NCBI GenBank assembly: GCA_964577595.1
Contig: CAZNZK010000001.1
Span: 208,144-272,143, forward strand
DNA: 64,000 nucleotides
Reading direction: 5' to 3'
From: an uncultured Candidatus Saccharibacteria bacterium
Lineage (GTDB): Bacteria > Patescibacteriota > Minisyncoccia > Phycocordibacterales > JAKAEA01
In this document: positions 8,552 through 18,319 of the stretch, piece after piece
How positions within the stretch are numbered: position 1 is the stretch's first letter
Layout of the letters: every line of letters begins with the position of its first letter
Made by a program: the position numbers and the translations under genes
The notes under the pieces: model-generated
Databases searched by the model: none
What the model saw: the letters and a program-made list of their open reading frames with translations, nothing else
Told to the model about the DNA's origin: nothing

Positions 8552-9457
8552 TGTTTCCACAGCAGAATTGGCAGTCACGGCAGTAGAAACCGAAACTCCG
8601 AGACTTTTTAAAATGCCGGCGGCGTCGGCCCTTGCGGCAGTTAAATCCTGCGTTGCTGTTTGTAATTTTGCCCGAGCATCCTTTAGGGCGGCGGTATTTG
8701 TCCCTAGTTGTGTTTGGTTGCCCTGGTCGGGTGTTAAGTTGATAACTTCAGCCTGGGCCGCTACCGCCTGCGTTTGGGCATCGGAAACCTTCGCCGTGAA
8801 ATCGGCCATGGCGGATTGGTTGGCGGCGGAAACGGTGGAACTTGCCAGACGGGTCTGCAATTTAGCGCCGAGAGTCGTCATCATGGTAACCAAGTTTTCC
8901 ACTCGGTCAACGGCGGCGATAATGCTGGTTTGAGGCACCACCAACGCGTAGATGCGGTAGGAACCGGTTATGGACTGGCGCTCGGTGCGAATTTCAGCCG
9001 TAGAAGTGGCAGAAGCAAACGAATTCTGAAGCGTGGTAAGCGCGGCGATTTCGTTCTGAATTTCCGTTTGTAAACTCGTTTTTTCACCGGCGGACACTTT
9101 TATCATACTGTTGATGCGGGTATTTAATTTCTGCAATGCGTCAATGCGATTGCGAATTTCCACGTCGGCGACATTGATTTGGCCCGTCATGCCGGCGGTG
9201 CTTGATGCCGTCCGGCCCGCATATACGCCCGCCCGCGGCCGGGTGGACGTAGACGAGCTGAACATTCTTTTGGAGCCTTGAAATTCAGGATGACCGGAAA
9301 CAACCGCGGAGGCATTCACGCCGGCGCCAGAGCCCGTAGTAACATCGGCAGTTGCGCCGATGCCGACAGTTGCGGCGGAGGCGATAGTTCCACTAAGCGC
9401 GAGACCGATGGCGGAACCAACAAAGCCGGCCACCATAATTTTTTGTGAAAAATTCAT
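8540..9457 (-). CDS. Secreted hypothetical protein (signal peptide, coiled-coil rich, Ala/Thr/Gln-rich).
   Basis: N-terminal hydrophobic segment; 305 aa; low-complexity helical composition. Confidence 0.6.
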   Translation of the reverse strand: MNFSQKIMVAGFVGSAIGLALSGTIASAATVGIGATADVTTGSGAGVNASAVVSGHPEFQGSKRMFSSSTSTRPRAGVYAGRTASSTAGMTGQINVADVEIRNRIDALQKLNTRINSMIKVSAGEKTSLQTEIQNEIAALTTLQNSFASATSTAEIRTERQSITGSYRIYALVVPQTSIIAAVDRVENLVTMMTTLGAKLQTRLASSTVSAANQSAMADFTAKVSDAQTQAVAAQAEVINLTPDQGNQTQLGTNTAALKDARAKLQTATQDLTAARADAAGILKSLGVSVSTAVTANSAVETSGQ

Positions 9458-9480
9458 AGATATATAATTACGCGAATAAA

Positions 9481-9774
9481 TTACTGGGCACTGGCCTGCA
9501 TGCTCTGGTTAACCGTGGCGGAATCGTCATTAAGCCCCTGCATCTGACCGTTAATGGAGGCGGCATCCTGGCCCAAGGCGGCATTGGAAGAATCGCTTGA
9601 GGAGGTGGTCAGCCCGCTTTCAGACGCGGCCGTTTGTGAAGCTGGGGCTGGCATGGTGGTTTCCGTGGAAACAGGAGCAGACGACCCCCCGCCCAATGAA
9701 CCAAGGTACCAGATACCGAGGACAATGATAATGATCACAATGACCGCCATGACGATTTTGCTGGTAGTTGACAT
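9481..9774 (-). CDS. Small membrane-anchored hypothetical protein.
   Basis: N-terminal transmembrane helix IVMAVIVIIIIVLGIWYL, then a Ser/Thr-rich tail. Confidence 0.5.
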   Translation of the reverse strand: MSTTSKIVMAVIVIIIIVLGIWYLGSLGGGSSAPVSTETTMPAPASQTAASESGLTTSSSDSSNAALGQDAASINGQMQGLNDDSATVNQSMQASAQ

Positions 9775-9829
9775 GATTAATTAAAATTAGGATTAATGAA
9801 CAACGACACACCTTAAATAGTACAGGGTA

Positions 9830-11053
9830 TTATTCGTAGCGCAAGGCCTCAATGGGGTTAAGATTGGCCGCACGCCGAGCCGGATAATAGCCGAAAGCAA
9901 TGCCAATAACTGCGCACACGCCAAATGCCAGGAATATTGACGGGATGGAAATTGCGGCGTTTAAGAGGCCAGTAGCACTCACCAAGAGAGCTATGCCGCA
10001 ACCCAGGATGATACCGATCACTCCGCCGACAAACGTCAGCAGAATTGATTCCATCAAGAACTGCTTGTTGATGTCGCTGCGCTTGGCGCCAATAGCTTTG
10101 CGTAGACCGATTTCGCGGGTGCGCTCGGTGACGGTGGTAAGCATCATATTCATAATGCCGATGCCTCCAACGAGGAGTGAAATACCAGCCACTGAGGCAA
10201 GCAGAATAGTGAGCGTGGTGGTAACACTTGAAGCCGTAGAAAGAATGTCGGCCTGATTCACAATACTGAAATCGGCATTGGCGGGGTTAGTGATTTTGTG
10301 TTGAGCTAGAAGAATGGTGGTGGCGTCATTTTGAACTTGTGTCATAGCCGCTGCACTGGCCGCTTGAATATTAATGTCGCTGACGTATTGGTTTCCAGTC
10401 ATAAAAAGCTGAGCATCCTGAAGCGGAATATAGACGCGGTCATCGGTATTGCCAATATTACTGCCACCCTTACTCGCGGCGACGCCAATAACGGTGAATT
10501 CCATGCCTTTGATGGTAACAACCTGCCCTACGGGCTCACTACCGTCGGTGAAGAGGTCGGCGGCAGTTGTGGGGCCAAGCACTGCGACGCGAGCCAAACT
10601 ACTGGCCTGCTGATCGGTAAAAAAAGTGCCGTCGGGAATACTGAGATTACGCACTGTGGTATACGCCGCAACAGTGCCGTCAATGGTGGTATTAGTGTTG
10701 TTGGCACCCACAACTACCTGCTGGCGACTAGTGACTTCCGGAGCAACGGCGGTAACATTGGCCACTTGGCTGGTAATAGCCGTGGCGTCGGCGGCGGTGA
10801 GGCTTTGAGCACTGCCGCGGCCGGCTGAAGCTCCAGCGCCAATAACACGAGCGGCGGAAGGGGTAACCACAAGGAGATTTGAGCCGAGCGATTGAATAGA
10901 CGACTGAATGGAGCCGCTGGCACCATTACCCACCGCGATCATCGCGATAACGGAAGCAATGCCGATAACAATACCCAGAACAGTTAGGCCGGAACGCACT
11001 TTATTAGAAAGGAGCGCGGCGGTTGTCTCGTGAAAAAGATCTTTGGTGTTCAT
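9830..11053 (-). CDS. ABC transporter permease, MacB/FtsX family.
   Basis: N-terminal TM, large periplasmic domain, C-terminal FtsX-like 3-TM module (ERTREIGLRKAIGA motif). Start overlaps the stop of the upstream ATPase (operon). Confidence 0.85.
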   Translation of the reverse strand: MNTKDLFHETTAALLSNKVRSGLTVLGIVIGIASVIAMIAVGNGASGSIQSSIQSLGSNLLVVTPSAARVIGAGASAGRGSAQSLTAADATAITSQVANVTAVAPEVTSRQQVVVGANNTNTTIDGTVAAYTTVRNLSIPDGTFFTDQQASSLARVAVLGPTTAADLFTDGSEPVGQVVTIKGMEFTVIGVAASKGGSNIGNTDDRVYIPLQDAQLFMTGNQYVSDINIQAASAAAMTQVQNDATTILLAQHKITNPANADFSIVNQADILSTASSVTTTLTILLASVAGISLLVGGIGIMNMMLTTVTERTREIGLRKAIGAKRSDINKQFLMESILLTFVGGVIGIILGCGIALLVSATGLLNAAISIPSIFLAFGVCAVIGIAFGYYPARRAANLNPIEALRYE

Positions 11054-11778
11054 GAGGTTTTTGTTAACAGATTTTTATCTATGACCTTTTTGTGTTTGTT
11101 GGGACTATCGTCCACAATAACCCCGTCTCGAATATGAATAATGCGGTCGGCGTGCGCGGCAATATCGGGCTCGTGGGTAATAAGCACAATAGTACGCTTC
11201 TGCTCTTCATTGAGCCGCTGAAATGTGCCCATGACGATTTCGCCGGTGCGGGTATCTAAGTTGCCGGTGGGCTCGTCGGCCATAATGAGCGCGGGATTAT
11301 TCACCAGAGCGCGGGCGATAGCCACACGCTGTATCTGCCCGCCGGAAAGTTGGTTGGAAAAATGTTGCCAGCGGTTTTCGGGTAAGCCGGCGGCAATGAG
11401 CGCCTGGCCGGCTCGGCGCTCCCGCTCTTCCTCGCTCACCGCTCCGCTATACATAAGTGGCAAAAGAACATTACGCATAACCGTGGCCCGCGAAAGAAGG
11501 TTGAATGATTGAAATACGAAGCCGATTTTTTGAGAACGAATGCCGGCGAGCTCGTCATCGGTCATTTTAGAAACATCGTGTTCGTCTAAAATATACGTGC
11601 CAGATGTCGGCGTATCCAAGCATCCTAAAATATGCATAAGCGTAGATTTTCCAGAACCGGATGGCCCCATAATAGCTACAAACTCGCCATCATGAATAGT
11701 GAACGAGACGTTGTCTAGTGCCCGCGTTTCTGTATCGCCGTTGCGATATATTTTAACGATATTTTTACAAACGATCAT
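11050..11778 (-). CDS. ABC transporter ATP-binding protein (MacB/LolD-like). The track ORF is over-extended; true start at MIVCKNIVK.
   Basis: Walker [10 protein letters not shown], signature [15 protein letters not shown], Walker [13 protein letters not shown]. Confidence 0.85.
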   Translation of the reverse strand: MIVCKNIVKIYRNGDTETRALDNVSFTIHDGEFVAIMGPSGSGKSTLMHILGCLDTPTSGTYILDEHDVSKMTDDELAGIRSQKIGFVFQSFNLLSRATVMRNVLLPLMYSGAVSEEERERRAGQALIAAGLPENRWQHFSNQLSGGQIQRVAIARALVNNPALIMADEPTGNLDTRTGEIVMGTFQRLNEEQKRTIVLITHEPDIAAHADRIIHIRDGVIVDDSPNKHKKVIDKNLLTKTS

Positions 11779-11779
11779 A

Positions 11780-13651
11780 CTAGAAAGCTCTAATAGCCGC
11801 CGCTCCGCCACCAGCTCGGGCGGCTCCACCTCCACCAAGAGCGCCGAAACCTCCACCCCCAAAGCCACCCGCGGCGCGCGTAGTAGCCGCTGCTGCGGGT
11901 GACGCCGTGGCGCCTCCCCCAGCGGATGTTTGGGTAATAATGAAATCCCCTTCGTTAACACCAGAAAGAATCTCTGTTTGGGTGCCATTGGTTAAGCCGA
12001 CAGTGACCGTAACATTTTGCGGCTTAGTGGCGGTGGTTACTTGCCCAGCTGCCGTGGCAATACCCGGCAACTCCTGCACATACGAACCTCGGCCGCCCGC
12101 GAGGCTTTTAACTGCCGCGCTAGCAATGATAATGGTATTGCTGTGCGACTGCGTAATAATGTTCGCGGTCACACTCATACCGGGCTTGATTTCCGTCAAA
12201 GTAGTTTGAAAATTCTGCTCAAAATTTTGAGCTGTTGTGGTAGCTAGCGTAGAAGAAGCGGTGCGACGGCCACCAGATGCTCCCCCATTTCCGCCTAGAA
12301 ACTGGGCAAATCCTTGCGTGCTGGTCGCGAGTGCTAATTTTACGTCGTAATCAACCACACCTGAGCTAACGGTACCGACCAGCGACATTTGCGAAACAGT
12401 GGCGGGAATAGTGATGTTGGGCAAAGCGCTAAAGGTTAGCGTCGCCAAATCGCCAACATGCACCGTAGCCGCATCAACTTCATTGAGTGAAATGTCAGCG
12501 ATTTTTTGAGTGGTGGTGAGTGTGGCCACGGCGGTTGAACCACCAGCAATAGCGCCCACTTGCACACCAACTGAACCCACCTGGCCCGCAAACGGAGCGG
12601 TAACACGAGTGTCGGCGTAATTATTCTGGGCGGTTTGGAGCGACACTTGGGCATTATCAAGACTGGCCTGAGCGCTTGTTACATCAGCATTGGTTGGGGG
12701 TGCGGTATTAACATTGTAATTAGTTTGCGCCGTAAGAAGCGACTGGTTGCTGGAGGTAACGCTGGCGATTTGCGCGTCTATATTTTGCAGAGCCGAAGCG
12801 ACGGTAGACTTAAAAGCACTGACGTTACTGGAATATTTGGTGTACTGGGCCGAGACATTATAGACGCTATTGGAAAGGTCATTGAGAAAATTGGCCATAT
12901 ATTGCAGATTGGTCAGCGTTAGCGAAACGTGCGGTGTGAGGTTGGTTGTGCTTGCCTGCAAAGAAAGCGAACTTGCATCAGCCTGCCAAACCGGCATAAG
13001 AGTGTTGAGTTCGGCACGTTCACCATTAACTTTTGCCACCAGCGCTATGTCGGTAGGAGCAAAAGTTACTAAATTACCATTGGAATCTAAAAAGCTTAGA
13101 GAAAACGAGGGGTCAATGTTGGCGCCGGTAAACATCGTGTCAACATCGGTGCGAAGTGTGCTGTTGGTTTGCGTATAAGCACTGATGAGCTCTGTTACAA
13201 GCGATTGTGTGGCATTAGTGACCGAGGCCTGATTGGCGGCAACCTGTTCGGGAGTTAGGCCGTCTACCACCTTTTCATAGCTCGCTTCCGCGCTTTCCAA
13301 ATTAGCCTTAGCTTGCTGGAGAGAAAGTAGGGCGCTGCGATCATCAAGCACGGCTAATGTCTGGCCAACGGCGACCATATCGCCAGGAGCCACCAAAACA
13401 GCCATCACTTGGCCACCACTGCCTTGTGGCGTGACACTAATTTGATTAACCCCCTGCACCTGACCAGTACCGCTTACTGTTTGTGAAATAGTGCCAAGCC
13501 GAGCCGCCGCAAGCGTGTAGGAAGGTACAATAACCTTACCAGCGCCAGTCGCAATAGCAGCGCCTTCCAGAATAACCGCCACCACAATAACACTACTGAT
13601 GATTTTATGGGCCCGAGCATAAGAAAATATTTTTGAAAAGAATTTTTTCAT
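11780..13651 (-). CDS. HlyD/MacA-family periplasmic adaptor subunit (long, 623 aa) with a Gly-rich C-terminal tail.
   Basis: N-terminal TM. Lipoyl-like VAPGDMVAVGQTLAVLD. Long coiled-coil-like middle. Immediately upstream of the ATPase and permease (2-nt gap). Confidence 0.7.
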   Translation of the reverse strand: MKKFFSKIFSYARAHKIISSVIVVAVILEGAAIATGAGKVIVPSYTLAAARLGTISQTVSGTGQVQGVNQISVTPQGSGGQVMAVLVAPGDMVAVGQTLAVLDDRSALLSLQQAKANLESAEASYEKVVDGLTPEQVAANQASVTNATQSLVTELISAYTQTNSTLRTDVDTMFTGANIDPSFSLSFLDSNGNLVTFAPTDIALVAKVNGERAELNTLMPVWQADASSLSLQASTTNLTPHVSLTLTNLQYMANFLNDLSNSVYNVSAQYTKYSSNVSAFKSTVASALQNIDAQIASVTSSNQSLLTAQTNYNVNTAPPTNADVTSAQASLDNAQVSLQTAQNNYADTRVTAPFAGQVGSVGVQVGAIAGGSTAVATLTTTQKIADISLNEVDAATVHVGDLATLTFSALPNITIPATVSQMSLVGTVSSGVVDYDVKLALATSTQGFAQFLGGNGGASGGRRTASSTLATTTAQNFEQNFQTTLTEIKPGMSVTANIITQSHSNTIIIASAAVKSLAGGRGSYVQELPGIATAAGQVTTATKPQNVTVTVGLTNGTQTEILSGVNEGDFIITQTSAGGGATASPAAAATTRAAGGFGGGGFGALGGGGAARAGGGAAAIRAF

Positions 13652-13674
13652 GGCAAAACGATTATTATAAATAT

Positions 13675-14088
13675 TTATTGTTGCGATGGCGGTGGCGGCA
13701 ACAGGCGAATAATACTGGCTATGATTTCACCCTGAGTATTGGGCACACCAATAACAGCGATATTTTGGCCGATCTGTAAAGAAATGGTGGATGAAGCAGT
13801 ATTCATCATGCCAGCAGGAACCAAAACAATTTTATCTACCCCATCATGCGCGTCATGAATTGTTACCGTGCTCGTAGCGTCCCGAACCGCGCTTATTGCG
13901 GTAATAACACCTGCCGCACCGTGGTCATTTAAAAGCCGCATGGGCGGTGTGCCATGAAAATGTTCCCATTCGTCGGAATATTCCGCCTGATGATAACCAA
14001 CCATAACACCGGCGCGGAAGGCCAATAAAACTACTACCAGACCGGCAATACCGACGATTATCCAAATAATAGTTTTAGAAGGATGCAT
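13675..14088 (-). CDS. Hypothetical membrane protein.
   Basis: N-terminal TM IIWIIVGIAGLVVVLLAF. No motif recognised. Confidence 0.5.
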   Translation of the reverse strand: MHPSKTIIWIIVGIAGLVVVLLAFRAGVMVGYHQAEYSDEWEHFHGTPPMRLLNDHGAAGVITAISAVRDATSTVTIHDAHDGVDKIVLVPAGMMNTASSTISLQIGQNIAVIGVPNTQGEIIASIIRLLPPPPSQQ

Positions 14089-14099
14089 ATACGATAATT

Positions 14100-14516
14100 T
14101 TAATAGGCAACGCGCGTGTATCGCTTACTGAAACCAATAACTTTTTCGGCCGACCACAACACCACACCGATAGCCACCGCCGCAACCGCTAAAGTGGTTG
14201 CCGGTAAAGATTCACCAATAGACGTGAGAATTTCACTCAAATGAGCCAAAAGAAGCGAAGGGTTGGTGCTTGCCAATGCCCAGAATTGGTTAAGATATGT
14301 TCCCAAGCCCGACGTAGCCGCTTCTTTGTAAAAGAAAATGCCAGCCGTGGCCAAGCCAGCTGTCGCAACAGCGGCAACACACGACCACGCCAAAAGAGCG
14401 CGGCGCACAATATGGCGTGCTTTTTCTAAATCAACACGACGAAGAATGCGCATCAGTAAGCCGGCGGGTGGTGCCAGTCGTTCGGCACAAAGAATAGTAA
14501 CCTGATTTTCTTTCAT
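14100..14516 (-). CDS. Hypothetical membrane protein, putative anti-sigma factor by position downstream of the ECF sigma.
   Basis: Immediately follows the sigma factor gene. Central TM segments. Context-based call only. Confidence 0.4.
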   Translation of the reverse strand: MKENQVTILCAERLAPPAGLLMRILRRVDLEKARHIVRRALLAWSCVAAVATAGLATAGIFFYKEAATSGLGTYLNQFWALASTNPSLLLAHLSEILTSIGESLPATTLAVAAVAIGVVLWSAEKVIGFSKRYTRVAY

Positions 14517-14570
14517 GATTGTAGCTATATGAGCATTATACGCGAGGGCTTGGCGTTTGGGTGCATTTTT

Positions 14571-15152
14571 CTAACGCCGCCCTTCCATAAAGCGTCGCAA
14601 AAGGGCGACAGCCCGGCGGTAATGACTCTTGACCGTATTAGCCGACTTGTTAAGTGTTTCAGCTATTTCGCGAAAGGTTAGCTGACTATCTAGACGTAAA
14701 AGCACCACAGCTCGATATTCAGGCGGCAAAGAATCCAGACCGGCGGTTAATTTTTCCTTCGTCAGTCGTTCATCAAAACGCTCCGACGCCGGCGACTCGT
14801 CGGCCACCACCGTCTCTTCAAAACTAGTACCGCCCTGCCCATCATCCAGCTCGGAAAAAGCAACTGGCCGCTTTTTCTTGAGCCAATCCAGAGCAGTATT
14901 TTTGGCGATAGTAAAAAGCCAGGTACGAAAATTGCGCGATGTGTCAAAACGCCCAAGATTTTTCCATACTTTAACAAAAACCTCCTGAACAATATCCTCA
15001 GCCTCGCCACCATAGCCAACGTAGCGGGCTACAAAACTATACACAGCAGAAAGATGTGCGTTTACGAGCTCGGAAAAAGCTTTTTGGTCACCGGCACGAT
15101 AACGAATAATGCGAGATGCGTCATTGTTGGCATCAGTAGTTGAAATTTTCAT
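14571..15152 (-). CDS. RNA polymerase ECF-type sigma-70 family factor.
   Basis: Region 2 RYRAGDQKAFSELV..DIVQEVFVKVW. Region 4 LTFREIAETLNKSANTVKSHYRRAV. Confidence 0.8.
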   Translation of the reverse strand: MKISTTDANNDASRIIRYRAGDQKAFSELVNAHLSAVYSFVARYVGYGGEAEDIVQEVFVKVWKNLGRFDTSRNFRTWLFTIAKNTALDWLKKKRPVAFSELDDGQGGTSFEETVVADESPASERFDERLTKEKLTAGLDSLPPEYRAVVLLRLDSQLTFREIAETLNKSANTVKSHYRRAVALLRRFMEGRR

Positions 15153-16455
15153 AATGAATATGACGATGTGGTACACCAAGCGCTTTCAGAGCCACTATGG
15201 CTTTTTTCATCATTATTGGCGGCCCGCACAAATACACGTCACGCTCGGCCACATCGGGCACCAACTCGGTAATGGCGACGGCGTCAATAAAGCCATGGCG
15301 ACTGCCTGGTACGTGCTCATCAGAAACGAAGGTCGTTACGGCTACACGCTTGGCAAGCGCTATTCTGTCAAATTCTGGAAGAAATGCCAGTTCGGATTCG
15401 GCGCGCACGGCAAAGAGGACTGCCGCATCGGTCCCGGCCAGCAAGGTGTCAACTAGCGCGCGAATAGGCGTCACGCCGATACCGCCCGCCAAAAACAGAA
15501 ATTTTTTAGTGGCGGCGTGCCGCAGAGTAAAACCGCCGAGCGGCCCATCTAGCACTACCCGCGTGCCTGGTAGAATTTTCGGCACTTCATTAGTAAAATC
15601 CCCTACCCCCTTCATGGAAAAACGCAGATTTTTACCATTTGGCCCCGCGGAAAAAGAAAATGGATGCGTGTACCAATGGTCGCGTGTCAAAAACGTTACG
15701 TTGGCATACTGGCCGGCTTCAAAATAGAATTTTTCCATATTTTGACCGGTAATGTAGACCGACCACACTGTGGGTGTCTCTTGCACCACTTTCTCCACGT
15801 AAAAACGGTGCCGCGCGAAAAGCCACAGCGGCCGCAAAAAGCGATAGAGCAACACCAAGCCAAACACAAAAAAGTTTATAACGAGCCAATAATAAAGACC
15901 GACACCGCTTGAAACGTCAGCAGTGTTTATTTGATGTGAAAAAGCCAAAACAATGGCGACATACACAAGGAGGTGCACAAAATACCAGGTTTCGTAACAT
16001 AATTTTTTACGAATAATGGCCAATGAGATACCGACCATAATAATAAGAATACATAGAGCCAAAAACGCCTTGAACACGTCGTCCCAGCTGGTGAGGAAGG
16101 TCAAAAACTGCCCCCACGTTGCCGAAACACTAAAAACGCCCGTACCAAGAGCGCTATAGCCGAGCGACAAAGCAATGGGATGAAAAACCAAGAGGCCAAG
16201 CGCCGCAAAGCCGAGCTTGCGATGATAGCGATTGAGCTTATCAAAGCCATAGTTGCGTTCCAAAAGCTGAACGCGGCCAATGAGTACCAGTTGCGTTAAA
16301 ATGAAAAATTCTCCAAGCAATCCCGCCAAACGTCCGCCGGCAATAAAAATTTCCGGCAATGAGCCGGTTATATATGTATGCGAGCCCAACAACCACAAAC
16401 CAAGAATAACCGTCAGGTTAATGAGCCATAGAATCAATAAAATATGCTTTTTCAT
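15133..16455 (-). CDS. Ferric-reductase-like transmembrane protein with FAD/NAD(P)-binding domain (NOX/FRE-like oxidoreductase).
   Basis: About 6 N-terminal TM helices with His residues. HPFSFS FAD-binding motif. GGIGVTP NAD-binding motif. Overlaps the cytochrome b5 gene stop (operon). Confidence 0.75.
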   Translation of the reverse strand: MKKHILLILWLINLTVILGLWLLGSHTYITGSLPEIFIAGGRLAGLLGEFFILTQLVLIGRVQLLERNYGFDKLNRYHRKLGFAALGLLVFHPIALSLGYSALGTGVFSVSATWGQFLTFLTSWDDVFKAFLALCILIIMVGISLAIIRKKLCYETWYFVHLLVYVAIVLAFSHQINTADVSSGVGLYYWLVINFFVFGLVLLYRFLRPLWLFARHRFYVEKVVQETPTVWSVYITGQNMEKFYFEAGQYANVTFLTRDHWYTHPFSFSAGPNGKNLRFSMKGVGDFTNEVPKILPGTRVVLDGPLGGFTLRHAATKKFLFLAGGIGVTPIRALVDTLLAGTDAAVLFAVRAESELAFLPEFDRIALAKRVAVTTFVSDEHVPGSRHGFIDAVAITELVPDVAERDVYLCGPPIMMKKAIVALKALGVPHRHIHYENFNY

Positions 16456-16862
16456 TACTGCGCCAGCGTACCAATTTTATACTGCGGTGCTACAGTATTT
16501 TCCACATTTTGGGCGGCGTGCGTTGGTACGGAATGAAAAAGAGCTGAAGCGTCTTTACCGCAACCGCGCAAAATTGCTCGACCACCCGGATGTATGGGAA
16601 TAAACGTGGTGACATCATACACATTTCCATCAATAGCCAGCCAGCAACTCGTCGCAGTGGAGTGTTGGGCAATTTGGGCTAAGGTATACGTGTTGGCAGC
16701 TGGTGTGGAAGATGCTGTTATGGGAGTGCTTGTCGCTATCGGCGTGGGCGTTACGGCGGTTGGTACACCAGAAGACCCTTGATACCCAGCAGTTGCCCAT
16801 ACCGCCAAAGCAATAATCACCAGCGCCAAAATTACCAATGCAGGAATATAAGGTTTTTTCAT
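16455..16862 (-). CDS. Cytochrome b5-like haem-binding domain protein (secreted or membrane-anchored).
   Basis: CWLAIDGNVYDVT..HPGG..LRGCGKDA..F matches the cyt b5 HPGG motif. N-terminal TM or signal peptide. Confidence 0.75.
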   Translation of the reverse strand: MKKPYIPALVILALVIIALAVWATAGYQGSSGVPTAVTPTPIATSTPITASSTPAANTYTLAQIAQHSTATSCWLAIDGNVYDVTTFIPIHPGGRAILRGCGKDASALFHSVPTHAAQNVENTVAPQYKIGTLAQ

Positions 16863-17029
16863 AGTGGATATGTATTTATACGACTAAAATTACCGTTAGG
16901 ATGCCGTAGTATAACAGATTTTCATTTTGAGAAAAAACGGGCAAGAAAAAAGCGCGTTCTCCCCACAAATACAAATGGGAGAAACGCGCTACCAAAGTTG
17001 GCGGATGAGGCCCTTTGGCTTTTTGTTAC

Positions 17030-17962
17030 TTAGTGACGTCCGCCACCACCGCTACGGGAACCGCCGCCAGTGTTGCACACCGGAGCCTGCCGACAAATTG
17101 GAGTCGAGACACACACAGGCGCAAGACGACACGGGGGAGCCGGCGGGCAATAGCTCACCGGCCGCACAGGCGCACAGTAAGAAACTGAGCGATAGGATGG
17201 CTGAGCGCAGGACTGGTTGTAACCGCCGCTACTGCGCCCGCCGCCTATGGAAAGCCCACCAAGATTCAAGTTAATGTTGTTACCGTTGAGGTAACTGCTG
17301 GTGTAGCCGCCATTATTGACGCCGGCATTGTAACCGGCACTGCTATCGCATGGCTGGGGATAGCTTGCGGGATACGTGGGCGAATAGGCCGCCTGCACGG
17401 GCACATCGCACTGCGATGACGCCCAGGGCCTGGGAGGCAAATACGCCACCGTCTGATTCGGCTGAGACACGTACACCGTCGCCGCCCCGCCTTGCGACTG
17501 CCACTGAATGGAAGAAGCTTGCGGGGCTTGGGTTGCCGCCGGTGCTACCTGCGCATACTGCGACCGCTGCTGACTGGCGCTTTGGAGATGATCAATCCGG
17601 GTGGAAAGTTCATCAACCTTGCGCTCCAACGCGGAGAGCTGCTGGCCCTGCGCATCCTGTTTGTCCTGGACTGTCTTCAGCCCGTTACCAACGGAACCGA
17701 TTTGACCTTCCAATTTGGACTCGTTTTCCTGGAGCTTGTTGAGCATTTCAGCAAGCTGCAGGTCGGCGGCCGAAGTGGCCGGAGCAGGGGTGAAAGCCGG
17801 GGCTTCAATGCGCTTGATGGGTTCGGGCTGGGCCGGCACAGTTGCTGGCGCACAGCCGTCGCAGGGGGGTTTGTAATAGGACGGACCATCCGCCATCACA
17901 TTCCCCGAGGCGGCCGCAATGGCCGCGCACACGATGGTGCTGACAAAGAACTTCGTGGTCAT
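17030..17962 (-). CDS. Secreted hypothetical protein with a coiled-coil middle and a Cys/Pro-rich C-terminus.
   Basis: Signal peptide. Heptad-like LNKLQENESKLEGQIGS. Repeated CxP motifs at the C-terminus. Confidence 0.55.
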   Translation of the reverse strand: MTTKFFVSTIVCAAIAAASGNVMADGPSYYKPPCDGCAPATVPAQPEPIKRIEAPAFTPAPATSAADLQLAEMLNKLQENESKLEGQIGSVGNGLKTVQDKQDAQGQQLSALERKVDELSTRIDHLQSASQQRSQYAQVAPAATQAPQASSIQWQSQGGAATVYVSQPNQTVAYLPPRPWASSQCDVPVQAAYSPTYPASYPQPCDSSAGYNAGVNNGGYTSSYLNGNNINLNLGGLSIGGGRSSGGYNQSCAQPSYRSVSYCAPVRPVSYCPPAPPCRLAPVCVSTPICRQAPVCNTGGGSRSGGGGRH

Positions 17963-18060
17963 TGTAGGCTCCTTTCAAAAAAAGCTGTTGTGACCGTACT
18001 GAAGTAATTATAGCACACCTAACTATTCTGTCAAGGCCGTGGTGGCCCTTTAAAATGGCT

Positions 18061-18213
18061 CTATTGAATAGGATTTTTGCCCTGAATGAGCCTGATGAGA
18101 ATGAGAATAATAGCCAATACCAAAAGAATATGGATGAAACCGCCCAGGGTATAGGAGCTAATTAAACCAACGAGCCAAAGCACAAAAAGAATTACGGCGA
18201 TGGTAATAAGCAT
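18061..18213 (-). CDS. Small (50-aa) lmo0937-family-like membrane protein. Not in the ORF track (under 60 aa).
   Basis: Manual translation gives MLITIAVILFVLWLVGLISSYTLGGFIHILLVLAIILILIRLIQGKNPIQ*. This resembles the conserved small two-helix protein family. Confidence 0.5.
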   Translation of the reverse strand: MLITIAVILFVLWLVGLISSYTLGGFIHILLVLAIILILIRLIQGKNPIQ

Positions 18214-18319
18214 AGTATGAAGGGTTAGTTGTTAATACTATGTTCAATGATGCCACGAGAGTTGATTGCTTACAAGTCCTACTATGCTATACTTTGCTGG
18301 CGCTTTGTCCTAGTGCAAT

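Noticed and set aside
10331-13178. Plus-strand ORFs within the MacB permease and HlyD adaptor genes (10331..10828, 12635..12922, 12870..13178)
   Set aside because: They are antisense to strongly supported transporter genes, short, and without motifs.
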